From: Plasmodiophora brassicae
Lineage: Eukaryota
Assembly: GCA_036867785.1 (NCBI GenBank)
Contig: CP145416.1
Location: 620,001-684,000, forward strand
DNA: 64,000 nt
Direction of reading: 5' to 3'
In this document: piece after piece, positions 44,387-57,242 of the stretch
Layout of the letters: each line of letters starts with the position of its first letter
Numbering within the stretch: position 1 is the first letter of the stretch
Translations under genes and position numbers: made by a program
The notes under the pieces: model-generated
Databases searched by the model: none
What the model was told of the DNA's origin: nothing
The model's input: only the letters and a program-made list of their open reading frames with translations

Positions 44387-46352
44387 ATGGCTGTAAGGCG
44401 GGCGTCCGCTTGGTCAGCAATGCGGGCGAGCGCTGACCCGTCGTCGTACAGCGTGTGTTGCCCAGGATTTTCAATGAGGAGGGCGGTGCGCAGGAGGACA
44501 GCGGCGAGAACGCGCGCCTGTCGTCGTTCGTCGGGTCGTTGGCCATCGCCGACCTGATCAAGACGACGCTCGGCCCAAAGGGCATGGACAAGATTCTGCT
44601 GTCCACCGGCGAAGGTATGCCCCGCACTGGCATTTGTGCCGCCCGTCCTCCTCCTGATGACGTTACAGGGCCTGCGAGCGGCAAGGTGACGATCACGAAT
44701 GACGGTGCCACGATTTTGAAATCGTTGCCTATCGATAATGCTGCGGCCAAGATCCTGGTTGACATATCGAAGACACAGGTATTTATACGCGCGCTTCCGC
44801 TGGATTCGTGCATTGGTGCTAACGCGGTGTTGCAGGATACGAACGTTGGGGATGGCACCACATCGGTCGTCGTCCTAGCAGGTGCACTCATTCGTGAGGC
44901 GGAGCGGTTGATCGAAATGAAGATCCACCCGCAAACGATCATTCGGGGATGGCGCAAGGCTATTACCACCGCCCGTGCTGCGCTGGAAGCGTCTGCCGTT
45001 AACCACGCCGACAACGCGGAACAGTTCCGGGAGGATCTGTTGAACATCGCGAAAACGACGATCAGCTCGAAGATCCTGACGCAGAACAAGGAGAAGTTCG
45101 CCGAGATCGCTGTCGATGCGGTGATGAGGCTGAAGGGGTCGACCAATCTGGACAACATTCAGATCATCAAGAAGAAGGGCGCACAGCTGAAGGACTCGTA
45201 CCTTGAGCCTGGATTCATCCTTGACAAGAAGTTCGGCGTCGGCCAGTCAAAGCGCATCGAGAAGGCCCGAATTCTCCTGGCTAACACGCCGATGGACACC
45301 GACAAAGTACAATCCGGGTGGCGCGACGCGTTTCTCGGTTGCTGATTGACGTGTTTGTGTGTGTGTGTGTGTAGATTAAGATTTACGGCGCTCGCGTCCG
45401 TGTTGATTCGATGGACAAGGTTGCCGAAATCGAGAAGGCCGAGAAGGCGAAGATGAAGCAGAAGGTCGACAAGATACTCAAGCACGACATCAAGTCGGTG
45501 GTTCTCGCCGGTGAACCGTACCGGATCGCGGTCAGCTGACGATCGTTCCCTTTAGCGTATTCATCAACCGGCAGCTGATCTACAACTACCCCGAGCATCT
45601 CCTTGGCGACGCCGGTGTGACGACGATTGAACACGCCGACTTTGAAGGCATCGAACGGCTCGCCCTGGTTCTGGACGCTGAAATCGTGTCGACGTTCGAC
45701 CACCCGGAGAAGGTTCGGCTGGGGACCTGCGACCGCATTGAAGAGTACAGCCTGGGCTTTGTGTACGGCGGCACAGTTCAGTTCGCTGACGTTGTTTGGC
45801 AGGATCATGATTGGCGAGGACAAGGTGATTCTGTTCTCTGGCGTCCCGAAAGGCGAAGCGTGCACCGTCGTCCTGCGCGGCGCCTCCGACCACCTGCTGG
45901 ATGAGGCCGAGCGATCCCTGCACGACGCCCTGTGCGTCCTGTCGCAGACGGTGAACGAGTCGCGAACGGTCCTGGGCGGCGGGTGCAGCGAGATGCGCAT
46001 GGCCAACGCGGTCGACGAGCTTGCTACCAAGACGCCTGGCAAGGAGGCCCTGGCCATCGAAGCGTTCTCGCGGGCGTTGCGCACGATCCCGACCGTCCTG
46101 GCCGACAACGCCGGCTACGACTCGTCCGAGCTCGTGTCGCAGCTTCGTGCCGCGCACAAGTCGGGCTTCGCGACGGCCGGCCTGGACATGGAGCGCGGGC
46201 AGATCGGCGACGTGCGCGCCCTGCGCATCATCGAGTCGTTCATCGTCAAGAACCACGTGGTCGTGTCCGCGCACGAGGCCGCCGAGATGATCATCCGGGT
46301 CGACGACATCATCAAGTGCGCGCCCAGGCCCCGCCAGCCCTCCCATCACTGA
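44387..46352 (+). CDS. CCT2: T-complex protein 1 subunit beta (CCT-beta)
   Basis: [87 protein letters not shown]. Confidence 0.97.
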
Positions 46353-46463
46353 CCGCCCGGGATCGCCCCCGTGTCTGTGTGTGTGCCATACGACGACGAC
46401 GACGACTACTATACTCTGTTGTATCCTGCCAATACACGTTGCTCGGTGCACGACCACTGACCG

Positions 46464-48366
46464 ATGGGAAATTGGCACCCGAAGGTGTGCGTCGTCGGCG
46501 TGTGCGTGCGGGGTGCGTCTCTGCGCAGTGGGCCCGCGAGCGCTGCGCCCCGTCCTGTCACGACATGTCGAGGAAGAGCATCCGCGAGGCCGTCCGCGTA
46601 CGGTATGCACCCAGTCCGACCGGCATGATGCACCTGGTACGCGATCACTCATGTGTTGCTCTGCGCCTTGCCCCCGGATTGCTGACGGCTCTCAGGGTGG
46701 GCTGCGGACCGCGTTGTACAATGCGTTCTTCGCCAGGCAGAACGAGGGCGCCCTGATCCTCCGCATTGAGGATACGGATACGAAGCGAACAGGTATCCCC
46801 TTCGTCAGCGTTCCAGGCTGTGCGTGTGACCGTGATTCTGTGTGGGCATTAGTCCCTGGAGCGTACGAATCCATGATGAAGCTGTTTACAATGTTCGGGT
46901 TCGAGTTCGACGAAGGCCCTCACGTCCAGGGCCAGTTTGGCCCGTACAAGCAGTCGGAGCGCCTGGCCATCTATGCGACGTACGCGCAGGAGCTCGTCAT
47001 GCAGGACAAAGCGTACCTGTGTTTCTGCACGCCGGAGCGCCTTGAGCGGCTTCGTGCGATCCAGTCTAAGCAAGGTTATCTACCTTGCCCTGGCACACTT
47101 CGTGCGTGCTGAACGTCGGAGCGCACATAGGCCTAGCGCCCACGTACGACGGGCATTGCCTCAAGCTGCATAACGATGAGATCAAGGAGCGCCTAGAGAA
47201 GGACGTACCGTGCGTGTCTCGACTGAAAGTGCCGCCGACAGGACAGACCGTCTTTGAAGACATGCTCCGGGGCAAGATCGTCGTCGAAAACTCGACAATC
47301 GACCATCAAATCCTGACCAAGCAAGATGATTACCCGACGTACCACCTGGCATCCGTCGTGGACGATTATCACATGAGGATATCGCACGTGATTCGTGGCG
47401 AAGAGTGGCTACCCTCTACTGCCAAACATTGCATGCTGTACGATATGATGGAGTACGAGCGTCCAGTGTTTGTCCACCTGCCGTTGCTGCTGACAACGGC
47501 GAGGGCCAAGCTGTCGAAGCGGCACAACCACGCGTAACCACGGGTAGTAGTACGATCGGGATTCCTGATCTAACGTCCGTCTAGGAGCGTGCAGGAACTC
47601 GTCGATGAAGGTTTCATCAGCTCTGCTATCGTTCACTTTGCGTCGATGCTCGGATGGCATCCCAGTGTGGACCAGGTCATTCCACACGAGGCTCTGTTTC
47701 CGATAGAGATCCAGGGACTCTTCGATTGTACGTCGCTGCGCTCGTATCATTGCCCTTGTCACATGTCCTGACAGATGCTCAGTGAAACGGGTCCAGAAGG
47801 CTGGGGCTCAGGTGGATATCGTACGTCTGCAGCACCTGTCTGGCATTCATTTCCGTCGATGGCTGCGAGACGACCCACGAGCCATCGAGATCGCACTGGA
47901 AGACCGTTACCCTCAGAAGACCCGCCACCTGTCTCGAGACTTCATGCGACGCATCATCAACTGTGTAGCGGAACGTGTCCAGAAGATCCCGGATATCCTG
48001 GAGTTCGGCGCCGGTTTCATCGAGACGCCCAAGGTGACCTGTAGCGACCTCATCCAACGTGGATGCCCGTCTGCTGCCCCGATCCATGCGGTCATTGACG
48101 CCGTTGCCGGAAAGGATTTCGACGATGTCGATTCGCTATCTAAGGCGATTGCCTCAGCAGAAGCCGATCATCACCTGCGACCTAACTCCATGCTTCCTGC
48201 GCTTCGCTGGTCCCTGTTTGGGTCGGACAGCGGTCCCGGCGTTGCCCGGGTCATGTCCACGCTGCAGCGTGAGAAGACGATCGAACGGTTGAAGGCGGCA
48301 GCGAGCACGTTCGATGCGATCCCGAAATCGAATGCTGCAATGGCTGCTGCGATTGATAATAAATAG
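46464..48366 (+). CDS. EARS2: Glutamyl-tRNA synthetase, bacterial/organellar type
   Basis: VRVRYAPSPTGMMHL|GGLRTALYN, LILRIEDTD, GPYKQSERL, YPTYHLASVVDDY, SHVIRGEEWLPS, KLSKR. Start could be 46464 or 46565. Confidence 0.93.
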
Positions 48367-48714
48367 ACGTACAGTTCAGCACAGCACAGGGTTCCGCCAG
48401 GTGGCCATGAAGTATCGATGTAAGTTGCACGTCAACTTCTCCATCTGGCGTCGTGCCAGGGCACTGACGTTTGGACGAGGCGCTGACAGAAATCAACAGC
48501 ACTTGGCTCTTATTAAATCGGCGTTATCGTCGACTCCAACGAATGCCCTCGGGCGAAGCGCCGCGGGCAAGGTCCTGCCCGTTGTTCTCCATGGGGACGC
48601 AGCTGTTCAGACCTTTACAGAGAGGATTCGTAAGCGGGCCCCTTCCCGTTCAACAAGGTATACTTAAACAATGTGCGTATAAATTATTGGTCTAGCTTTA
48701 ACAATATACAACCT

Positions 48715-51700
48715 TCACTTGGGGGAATGCATGCCGAGCTTGGTATCGAAGACGATACGAAGACGTTGCTGATGTCGCCGATAGTGGTTGCGGTCGTGAT
48801 TCTTCACAGCCTCGTCGATGCTCAAGGTGATGATCGGCCAAACGAGCAAGCCAACAAACGGGTACAGATTGAGCCGGCCGCTTATATCAGACACAGATGA
48901 CACTTCACCCCAAGTAAATATGAACTGCGAAACAGCCCGTTAGATTCAAATTTGAGATATGGGCTAAAAGCCGAATGTCTGACCTGCAGAGCCAAGGCGA
49001 CGCAGCAGCAGATGACCCAAATCCAGTTGACGAGTGGGTTCCTTCTGAATACTGAATCGTTCCTATATACAAATCCAACAGACAGCCAGACCAGGCAGTA
49101 TACGAATGCGAACCTATACAGCATATTCAGAGCGCGTCGACATACGTTCGCAGCAATGCTTACATCGTATATGCCTTGGCAAGCAGAACAGCATCCTTCG
49201 TCGAATCGCTATATTCCAGGAAGATATTGGGCTGAGCAGTCCATACAAACATGAGTGGCGGTTTTGGCGAATTGAGAAGAAACTCGTTCAAGTAGAACGC
49301 GTACACGCCGGTGCAGAAAAGAATCGAAGGAATAAACCGTAACAGAAAGTACCTGAACAGATGTGAGAATCGACAGACAACCAAAAGGAAGGCGTGGCAC
49401 TAACGCGGTGAAACGATTTACAGAGGAGAGATGAGCAGCATTCTTCTCCATGATAGTCTGCATCGTTTGTCGGTTCGGATGTGACAGGAGCAGCGGTAAA
49501 CTCAAAAGCGGAATGATCAGCCAAACAAGGAACACCATTTGGCGCGCGTCGAAAACGCATGGCATGCCAAGACAAACTGATATCGTAGACATCAGCATGA
49601 TGGACATGAAGCATGCCTGAGAGAAGATGTACGTCTGCGTTGCATGAATGAGCAGGTTCCTTGACTGTGATATTATCCCAGAAAGGTAGGTCCGAATGTT
49701 GACAGATGACGGTAGCGCGAACGCACAGGGCAAAGAGTTCATGTGCTTGGCGAACTCCAAATAGGACTCAGGCTGCTTCGGAGGGCGCCCGCGACGGGCG
49801 TGATCATCGTCGATCCGAGGTTCTAAACTTATTGCGACGTCGCTTTGCAGGAACGTTTTAAAGTTGAAGTCGTTCAGAGAACTGCCAATACAGAGAACAC
49901 TCTCGCCGTTTTCTTGGAGGATCGATATCATTTCACGAGACGTGTCCGGGGTAGAATCAGTGAACAATGAGACAAGTAGGGGGACGTTATCAACATGATG
50001 AATATGGTCCCGAACCTTGCTGATACCTTCCGGCAACTTGGAGATATTTAGCGCAGAATCAGTTGCCATGTTAGGACCTAACATGAGAGGCAAGGATCAG
50101 TCCCACCAAGACTTCACTTGTCGCAAAGATGTATACCAGCAGCGTCAGTGCGATCTTTCAGAGAAATGAAGAAGTTCCAATCGGACTCAAGACCCAGTTT
50201 CGAGGTGAACGCAATGGACTTGCGTCGACCGGTGCTGGAGAAGAAAACGAACCTGAACGACGGTTAAGCCATTCCTACGCAGCATCGATCTGGAGTTTAA
50301 CCTGATGCCCGCTTTGACGAGATCTTCGATGACATACGGCATCTCAGGCTTCGGTTGAGGCCTGCTAGCAGTAATGCCAAGCAAAATTTGTCCTAGACAT
50401 GTCATATTCAGCGAACGTACATACGCCCCAACTGGAAGCCACGCTGGTACCGGTTAGCAGATCCTGGTATGCAGCAAGCGAATCTGCAGGTATCTCCACT
50501 TCGGCGTTGCCCCAGTTTGCATCCCTCGCATCCAGAACGCTGGGATCCGGTCCCTAAGGGCGCCGTGTATCAGCCATGTTGATGGAACTGCGACGCGGTC
50601 AAACCTGGACAAGGGAAGAACCGTCGTCCGCATTGCATGTCAGAACGACAGGCTTCACTGAAGACGTTTTAAATTTCGGCCATAGCTTTGGAGCCACAGG
50701 TGTGTATGCGAACGCAACGCATTTGAAGTCGACGTGCATCCAGTGCTGTAGAATATCAAAAGTCTTCTTCCTAAACGAGCTCGAAAACGGAATTGATTCG
50801 TTGCGGTTCCAGACGTAATCGCAATGTGACATGATCAATGCTGGGTCGCCACGGGAGAACAGCTGGAGCTGGCCAGAGTCGGTGTGCCTCATGACGCTAC
50901 TCGCCATGTGAGTGATTTGAGAACCGGGGCGAGTTGGATCCAGCACTGTTGAGGACACGGAGTATGTTGTCGGGATTGCCAGGAGATGAACAAGCTGAGT
51001 ACGGGAGAATGTCCTAATCGCGAAATCGTGTGGAAAGCCGACGGCCTTGCCGATTTGGCACAGACATTCCGACGACAAGTCTGCAACGCAGTCAGATCCC
51101 AGAGTTAAACACTCAGATATCGAAGGGTAAATCTCACCTTGATCACGAAGGACAGCTTCGTGCTCAGTCAGATTGCGACCAGAGTCGCCTGGTGCTGCTG
51201 CAGCGATGGGCGACCGCGCTGCCAACTCTGTAGACTCTAAGCACGTCGCGGTCAATAAAGTTGACAATCCCAAAGGCTTGAGTGAGTCGAAGTGATGCAC
51301 CCAGTTCCTCTCTGCAGCATCAGTAAGTTATTGCGGCGAGCCACACAACGGTGGATGACGTACCAAAGGTGACGTGGTTGGGAAGTTCATGGTCCGCTAT
51401 TAAATCCAGCACAACAGGAGCACCACGATCCCAAATAAGGACATGTTCAGGTGTTGAAAACACTTCGCTGACGATTCCATCCTAAAACGCTAGATCAGTT
51501 GTTCGCACGGCAGCGTACCGATAAACGCATGCTTGCCTTGTCCAGAACACATACCGCAGTTATCTGCCCCAAAGTCTCAAACGGGTTGACGCTGCGAGTT
51601 AAGGACGTACCCAGTCCAAAGACTTCTGATACGACCCGGTAAAACGTCTGACGTCGTTCTTTCCAGAGGACCCGTAGATTCTGTAGCTTACTGGGCCCCA

Positions 51701-52817
51701 GACCAATGGATGAATCTTGAGGATGGACTTTCCGCAGGTCGATGTCCGTTTGTATAAGCACACCGTTGCCGAACGCGTCGACAAGAAACGTGTAAAACAG
51801 TTCCGACAAACCCAGACTCGGAATAACGCATAAAAGCGGCTGCTGAATGAACAGGACGAATACCCGTTTCGAAAGTTGGGAGCCCTTCAAGACTCCAATG
51901 ATAACCGTGTAGATAACGGCCAGTAATACACAGCATATCGTTATCTGGATAGCTCGCAGGCGCATCGCCTTCTTCTGGTTTGACAGGGTATTCTCTGGTC
52001 GAAACGGTTTGGGGGATCTCGTCAGTTCTGAGATGTGATTCTGCAGAGGGCACTCGAGGACCCGGAACACAACTTTCTGGGACAGGCCACCGATCTTCGT
52101 ACACGATGAACTGCTCTGATCAGACTTGTTTGCTGGGTTGGGCTCAACGGTCGCAAATTCCGAGAAGCGGGCTGTGCTTTCCGACATGGCAGGCGCCATT
52201 GGTCTCGGGGGATGAACTGTCGGCAAGCGCAACGTGTCGCCTTTGTTCAGACGTTTCGGCTTCTTGGTCTTATTGGACGATATTCCTTCCAGATTGCATG
52301 GCGCTTGCATGCCATCCCGCATCTGGATGAGGTCATCGGGAACCAGCGCCACGTTCGGCAACGACACCCATTTGGAGTCGCGAAGCACTGTCTGGAAATT
52401 GGGAGAGAACGACCTCGAGAACGGGTCGTTGAAATAGGCCTTCTGCGCATCGTCGACAATTTCATTTAGGAAGCGCTTCGCGGGTCCAACGCGTCTGCGA
52501 ATTTCCGTATTGGCCAAATGCAAATCGAAGGCTGCAACGGCGAATGTGACGACCGCCGACATATACAGAAGGACGGCGGATGTCAGCACTGATGGCAAGC
52601 CAGGTACGATGACTTCAATGACGGTGAAGGCGATAGCGGCTGCGACGGTCGCCAATGCACTCGGGCAGGACAGTGCCCTGATCATTGGGGCTTTGACGTG
52701 CGCATCGGTCGTGTCGATGACGCCCTGGAGATAGGCGACGGCGTCGGCCGTCGTCCTGCCGTGGAGGCGGTCAGGGGCGACGTGATCATTGCCGATGTCC
52801 ACGGAATGATCCGTCAT
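48715..52817 (-). CDS. TMEM94: TMEM94/KIAA0195 (P-type-ATPase-like membrane protein) homolog
   Basis: VLRDSKWVSLPNVALVPDD, ETLGQITAVCVLDK|DG, LFSRGDP, NISKLPEGISKVRDHIHHVDNVPLLVSLFTD, ILQENGESVLCIGSSLN, C-terminal FDTKLGMHSP. Confidence 0.88.
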
Positions 52818-53011
52818 GCGCAATGAGCGGCTTTTCCGCGACCGCAGCGAACCGCTCGGCGCTCGCGACGGCCCCGCCGAACTCATACACCAGCACGGCA
52901 CACCGGTGGAGAAGCCACCGACACTGACAGCATATTTGATATTTTATAATGGGAGGCGCGTCTTCCCTGGCTGACAGGCAATAACGTACCGACGAAATGG
53001 TTTCGACACGT

Positions 53012-53993
53012 GCCTCATGACTGTCTACCTGCTCTTCGAGTACGGGAAACTTCGTCTGCCGTCAGGTGAAAACGACAGCCCTGTTCTCGGCCAGGTGATG
53101 GGCCTTATATCCAAGGAGAAGTACAGTGAGGCGCGTCTGCTCTGGCTGACAGGCAATGGCGTGAAACCAAACTCCAACGTTGTCGACCTGTTTGACAGTT
53201 TGGAGAATATTTTACATCGCTTCGTTCCCAACTTGTTCGCTTTCACGGCTGTTCAAACGTCTTACTGTACTTCCGAGCACTGTCCGGAGCGTTCGAGTCG
53301 GACCCGCCGACCTGGTTTCGACGTACTTCCCGAGGATCTGGATGCTGAGGATTCATCATTGAGTGTTGAGTGTTGACCAATCCATGGTGGATTCCTTTGT
53401 TGGCGATACAGTCACTAGCTGCACGCAGAGAGCTGACGAGGCATTCAGAGCGTCGAAGCCTGATTCCGCATCATTTGGGATGCTGGACGATAATGATGGG
53501 GAACGTCCAGCATCCCAAATGATGCGGAATCAGGCTTCGACGCTCTGAATGCCTCGTCAGCTCTCTGCGTGCAGCTAGTGACTGTATCGCCAACAAAGGA
53601 ATCCACCATGGATTGGTCAACACTCAATGATGAATCCTCAGCATCCAGATCCTCGGGAAGTACGTCGAAACCAGGTCGGCGGGTCTTAAGGCGACTCAAA
53701 CGCTCCGGATAGTGCTCGGAAGTACAGTAAGACGTTTGAACAGCCGTGAAAGCGAACAAGTTGGGAACGAAGCGATGTAAAATATTCTCCAAACTGTCAA
53801 ACAGGTCGACAACGTTGGAGTTTGGTTTCGTCGGCACGTCATTGCCTGTCAGCCAGAGCAGACGCGCCTCACTGTACTTCTCCTTGGATATAAGGCCCAT
53901 CACCTGGCCGAGAACAGGGCTGTCGTTTTCACCTGACGGCAGACGAAGTTTCCCATACTCGAATAGCAGTTAGACAGTCATGACTCATGAGGC
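53012..53993. repeat. Long foldback: ~480-bp inverted arms around a ~14-bp loop
   Basis: 53012-53488 is the near-identical reverse complement of 53503-53993. The same peptide appears in the + ORF at 53017 and the - ORF at 53445. Confidence 0.95.
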
Positions 53994-55210
53994 CCCTGTC
54001 CATCGGGCACGTGTTGATAAACCGGATACCGCCGGAGGTGAACCCCCATGGGATACCGAAGGTTTCCCAATCCACTAAGGCTCCAAGTTTCGGAATGGTA
54101 TTCGTGCTCCGAGGTGGGCGCCTGCATGGGAGATTCGCGGCCCCTCTCTCCTGCATAAAAGCTGTGTGAAGACACAACGCGTCGGAACCGATGCATACGA
54201 AAAGCTTTTCACCTATCTTCTTTTCAAACGCTAGGACTTCAGACAAGGATGAAGCCGGAAGCTTCATGATTTTGGCCTTGAGGTACCTGAGGCGGTCAAC
54301 GTTCGCCAGGCTGCGTCGAATATCACCTGATGCTGGTCGAGTTATTGTACCCATTTGTAGCTGCTTGGGAGCGAGCAGGAGCCGTAAGATGATGTGGGCG
54401 AGTGCATGCATTGCTTGGGCACTTGGGCGCAGGGCTTCTGGTTTGGGATGGCGATGGTATCCCTGATGACTGAAAGTTAGCAAGTGAGGGTTGTCGCTAG
54501 TCGTCTCGATGGCTAGAATTGCCCGGCATGCAATATGAGAAACCGGGCGATTGTGCACAGAGCATGACTCCGTACAAGGCGCAGGACGACAGTGTTTGGA
54601 GCGCCGCTTGGGCAGTCGGGGACGAACGGTGAACCCGCATCCGTCCACTGAACAGGCATACACCTCCAGACACGACTTCTTCACTCGTGCAGACGAGGTA
54701 CTAAATCGCGCCATGGATCAAGAAGTGTTCAGGTATGAAACCCTCGACTGGTCAGTGGGTACAGATACGTACGGTGTGCGTGACGTTTCCATCTGGCCAC
54801 TCTGGACTGACATCGGTTGGCGTAGAAACCTCGTCAACCGGGCTGGGAACTGGCACTGGATGCTCCCAGTGAATGCGGTTTGAGCCAGGAGGAACGGCCA
54901 AATGCGGGTCTCGCGAATTCTGCTCGGCCTCCGAAGTATGTCGTCAATCGTGCTGGGAACCAGCACTGGATGTTTCCGCTGATGCGAGTTGGGCCAGGAG
55001 GAAACGGCCAAGTGCGGGTCTGGCGAATCCTGCTCGGCCGCCGAAGTATGGCTGTAGAGTTATGCCGCCCCTCACGTGCCGACTCCGACGGCAAATGGCT
55101 TCGCATGAAAGCATCAATGCGCTCGTTCCACTCAGCCTTGACCTCATTAGCAGTTCCATAGCAAGACGGCATACGAGAAACTTCGTAAATTCGTCTGTCT
55201 TCGAGGCCAT
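53503..55210 (-). pseudogene. Decayed transposon ORF with GCM-type Zn DNA-binding domain and NTCxxD peptidase-like region
   Basis: S*SMARFSTSSARVKKSCLEVYACSVDGCGFTVRP...C...C...HQGYHRHPKP resembles the GCM domain. In-frame stop at 54718-54720; frameshift near 53985; internal ~110-bp tandem duplication 54832-55052. Confidence 0.65.
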
Positions 55211-55269
55211 GTCCGTTAGCCGTCGCTGCCGATACGCAAAGGACGCACGTTAAGAGGGAAGACTTTGGA

Positions 55270-57050
55270 ACTGATCACCTAGAGTATGGTACGTCGCACC
55301 CAGTCATTGGAACTCAGCACCTAGAGTTTGGGACACAGCACCTAGAGTTTGGGACACAGCACCTAGAGTTTGGGAAACATCACCTAGAGTTTGGGACACA
55401 GCCCCTAGAGTTTGGGACATAACACCCAGAACTGAGCATTACCACCTAGAATCTGGGAAACGTCACCCACACCTGGAATTTCGCACCCAATTAGGTTTTG
55501 GGTTCACCACCTTAAGTCTGGTAACTAGCACATAAGCTTTGGAATAAACCACCTAGATTTCGGTACTGAGCACCGTACGTTTGGAACTCGGAACTCCACA
55601 CCAATAACTTTGTAGCATAAAAGGACCCAGTTCACCAGTAGGTAGACCCCGCGGCGCCATCTACAAGGCCGCATTTTCGTTACCGTTGGCTTGGCACTTA
55701 CGTTACACTTTGGGCCAGAGTGGACGCGTAGGGGAGACCTCGTTGGAGCCATCACGTGGTCAATCGTGCATGATGTCAAGTGCGACTTCTTTTTCGAATG
55801 ACGCGGTAAACGTTTTAAGTAGGTCATTCTCTGTGTTATTCGTAATCGAGTGCACCGCCTAGTACCCTTGGGCGCCCAGGTCCGGGCAGATAACCTTGCG
55901 GTCCAGCCCGGACCTCTTCTTGTAGTGCTGGGACAACTCGTCCACCGCCACGAGGTCCCTGTCCGGCACGACGTTGTCCATTGATCGATCCGCACAAAAA
56001 TGCCAGACAAGGATGATGCCGGAAGCTTCATGGTTTGGCCTTGAAGTACCTGAGGCGGTCAACGTTCACCAGGCTGCGATGAATATCATCTGATGATGGT
56101 CGTGTCATTGTACACCCATTTGTAGCTGCTTGGGAGTGAGCTCAGGAGCCGTAAGTATGGATGATATGGGCGAGTACATGCATTACCTGGGCACTTGGGC
56201 GCAGGGCTACTGGTTTGGGATGGCGATGGTACCCGAGCATTGCCGGTCGAAGGTTGGCAAGTCGGTGTAGCGGCGCACAGGTGCCCTGTGCGTTGGCTCC
56301 TAAGTGATCGGGTTCTGTGTACATATCATTGCGGCCGTAAAAAAGTTCAACCTACCGATCCCAGGCCAAATCGCCCTATCGGGAGGTCTGTCAATCGCGT
56401 CCAACAGCGGGCGTCGTGGCCAGCGTCGTGCCGAACAGGGACCTCGTGGCGGTGGACGAAGTGTCCCAGCACTACAAGAAGAGGTTCTGGCTGGACCGCA
56501 AGGTTATCTGCCCGGACCTGGGCGCCCAAGGGTACAAGGCGGTGCACTCGATTACGAATAATACAAATGCAACCATGTCAGTGAGCTGCACGACGCTGGC
56601 CACGACGCCCACGGGTGCCGGCCGGGGGGCGCGATTAACGAACTGCCCGACAGGAGCTACTTGGCCGGGTATCGGAAGGTTGTGCAACTAGGACCAATCG
56701 CCAAACTGCTGGCGACCTACACGACGCTGACGGTTGAGTTGGAGCTGCAACGCTCCGCGGGTGCGGAATGTGAAGTCTCACATAGGTCGGCTAAGGTGGA
56801 GTGCGCCAGTCTCTTGGTAGAGCGTACCAGTCTTTGGGTTGACAGCACCAGTCTCTGGGTGGAATGCACCAGTCTCTGGGTGGAGTGCTCCAGTCTCTGG
56901 GTGGATTATACCAGGTTTTGGGTGGAGTGCACCAGTTTCTGGGTGCTGAATCCCAACTGGACACCCTGTGACCTGTTTGGGTGAAAAGTGACAAAGTCTG
57001 GGTGTCGCATCCCAGGCTCTAGGTGTGGCATAAAATATTGGGTGCTTCAA
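55270..57050. mobile_element. Rearranged MULE-like element with inverted 21-bp repeat arrays, a second GCM fragment and a SWIM remnant
   Basis: CACCTAGAGTTTGGGACACAG array at 55277-55480; related inverted CACCAGTCTCTGGGTGGAGTG array at 56800-56950; GCM-tail copy 56000-56235 (-); broken SWIM CxC..GFCVHIIA at 56283-56335; inverted duplication 55840-55975 / 56422-56560. Confidence 0.6.
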
Positions 57051-57242
57051 CCTTTTTCTCGCACGCGCTACGGAAAATCATTTACTTACTTTGCTTGTTC
57101 AATCGCCCGTACTATTGCCAAACGTAATGCCTCGACACAAGAGGCCCCTCTGCCAATTCGCAACTTTTGGATAAGTTCGTCAAACTTGATATTTTCATAC
57201 CGAAGTTCGTAGGTACGTACGAACTTGTTTCGCAGCACTCAT

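Noticed and set aside
45350-45372. (GT)n tract in a CCT2 intron and (GAC)n at ~46390
   Set aside because: Short, ordinary microsatellites.
53017-53548. Plus-strand ORFs as an independent gene
   Set aside because: They are the inverted duplicate arm of the transposon remnant and are frameshifted by a 7-nt duplication.
55277-55480. 21-bp arrays (also 56800-56950) and the 39.7-40.6 kb palindromes as CRISPR arrays
   Set aside because: No unique spacers of regular length, no cas genes, and the context is eukaryotic.
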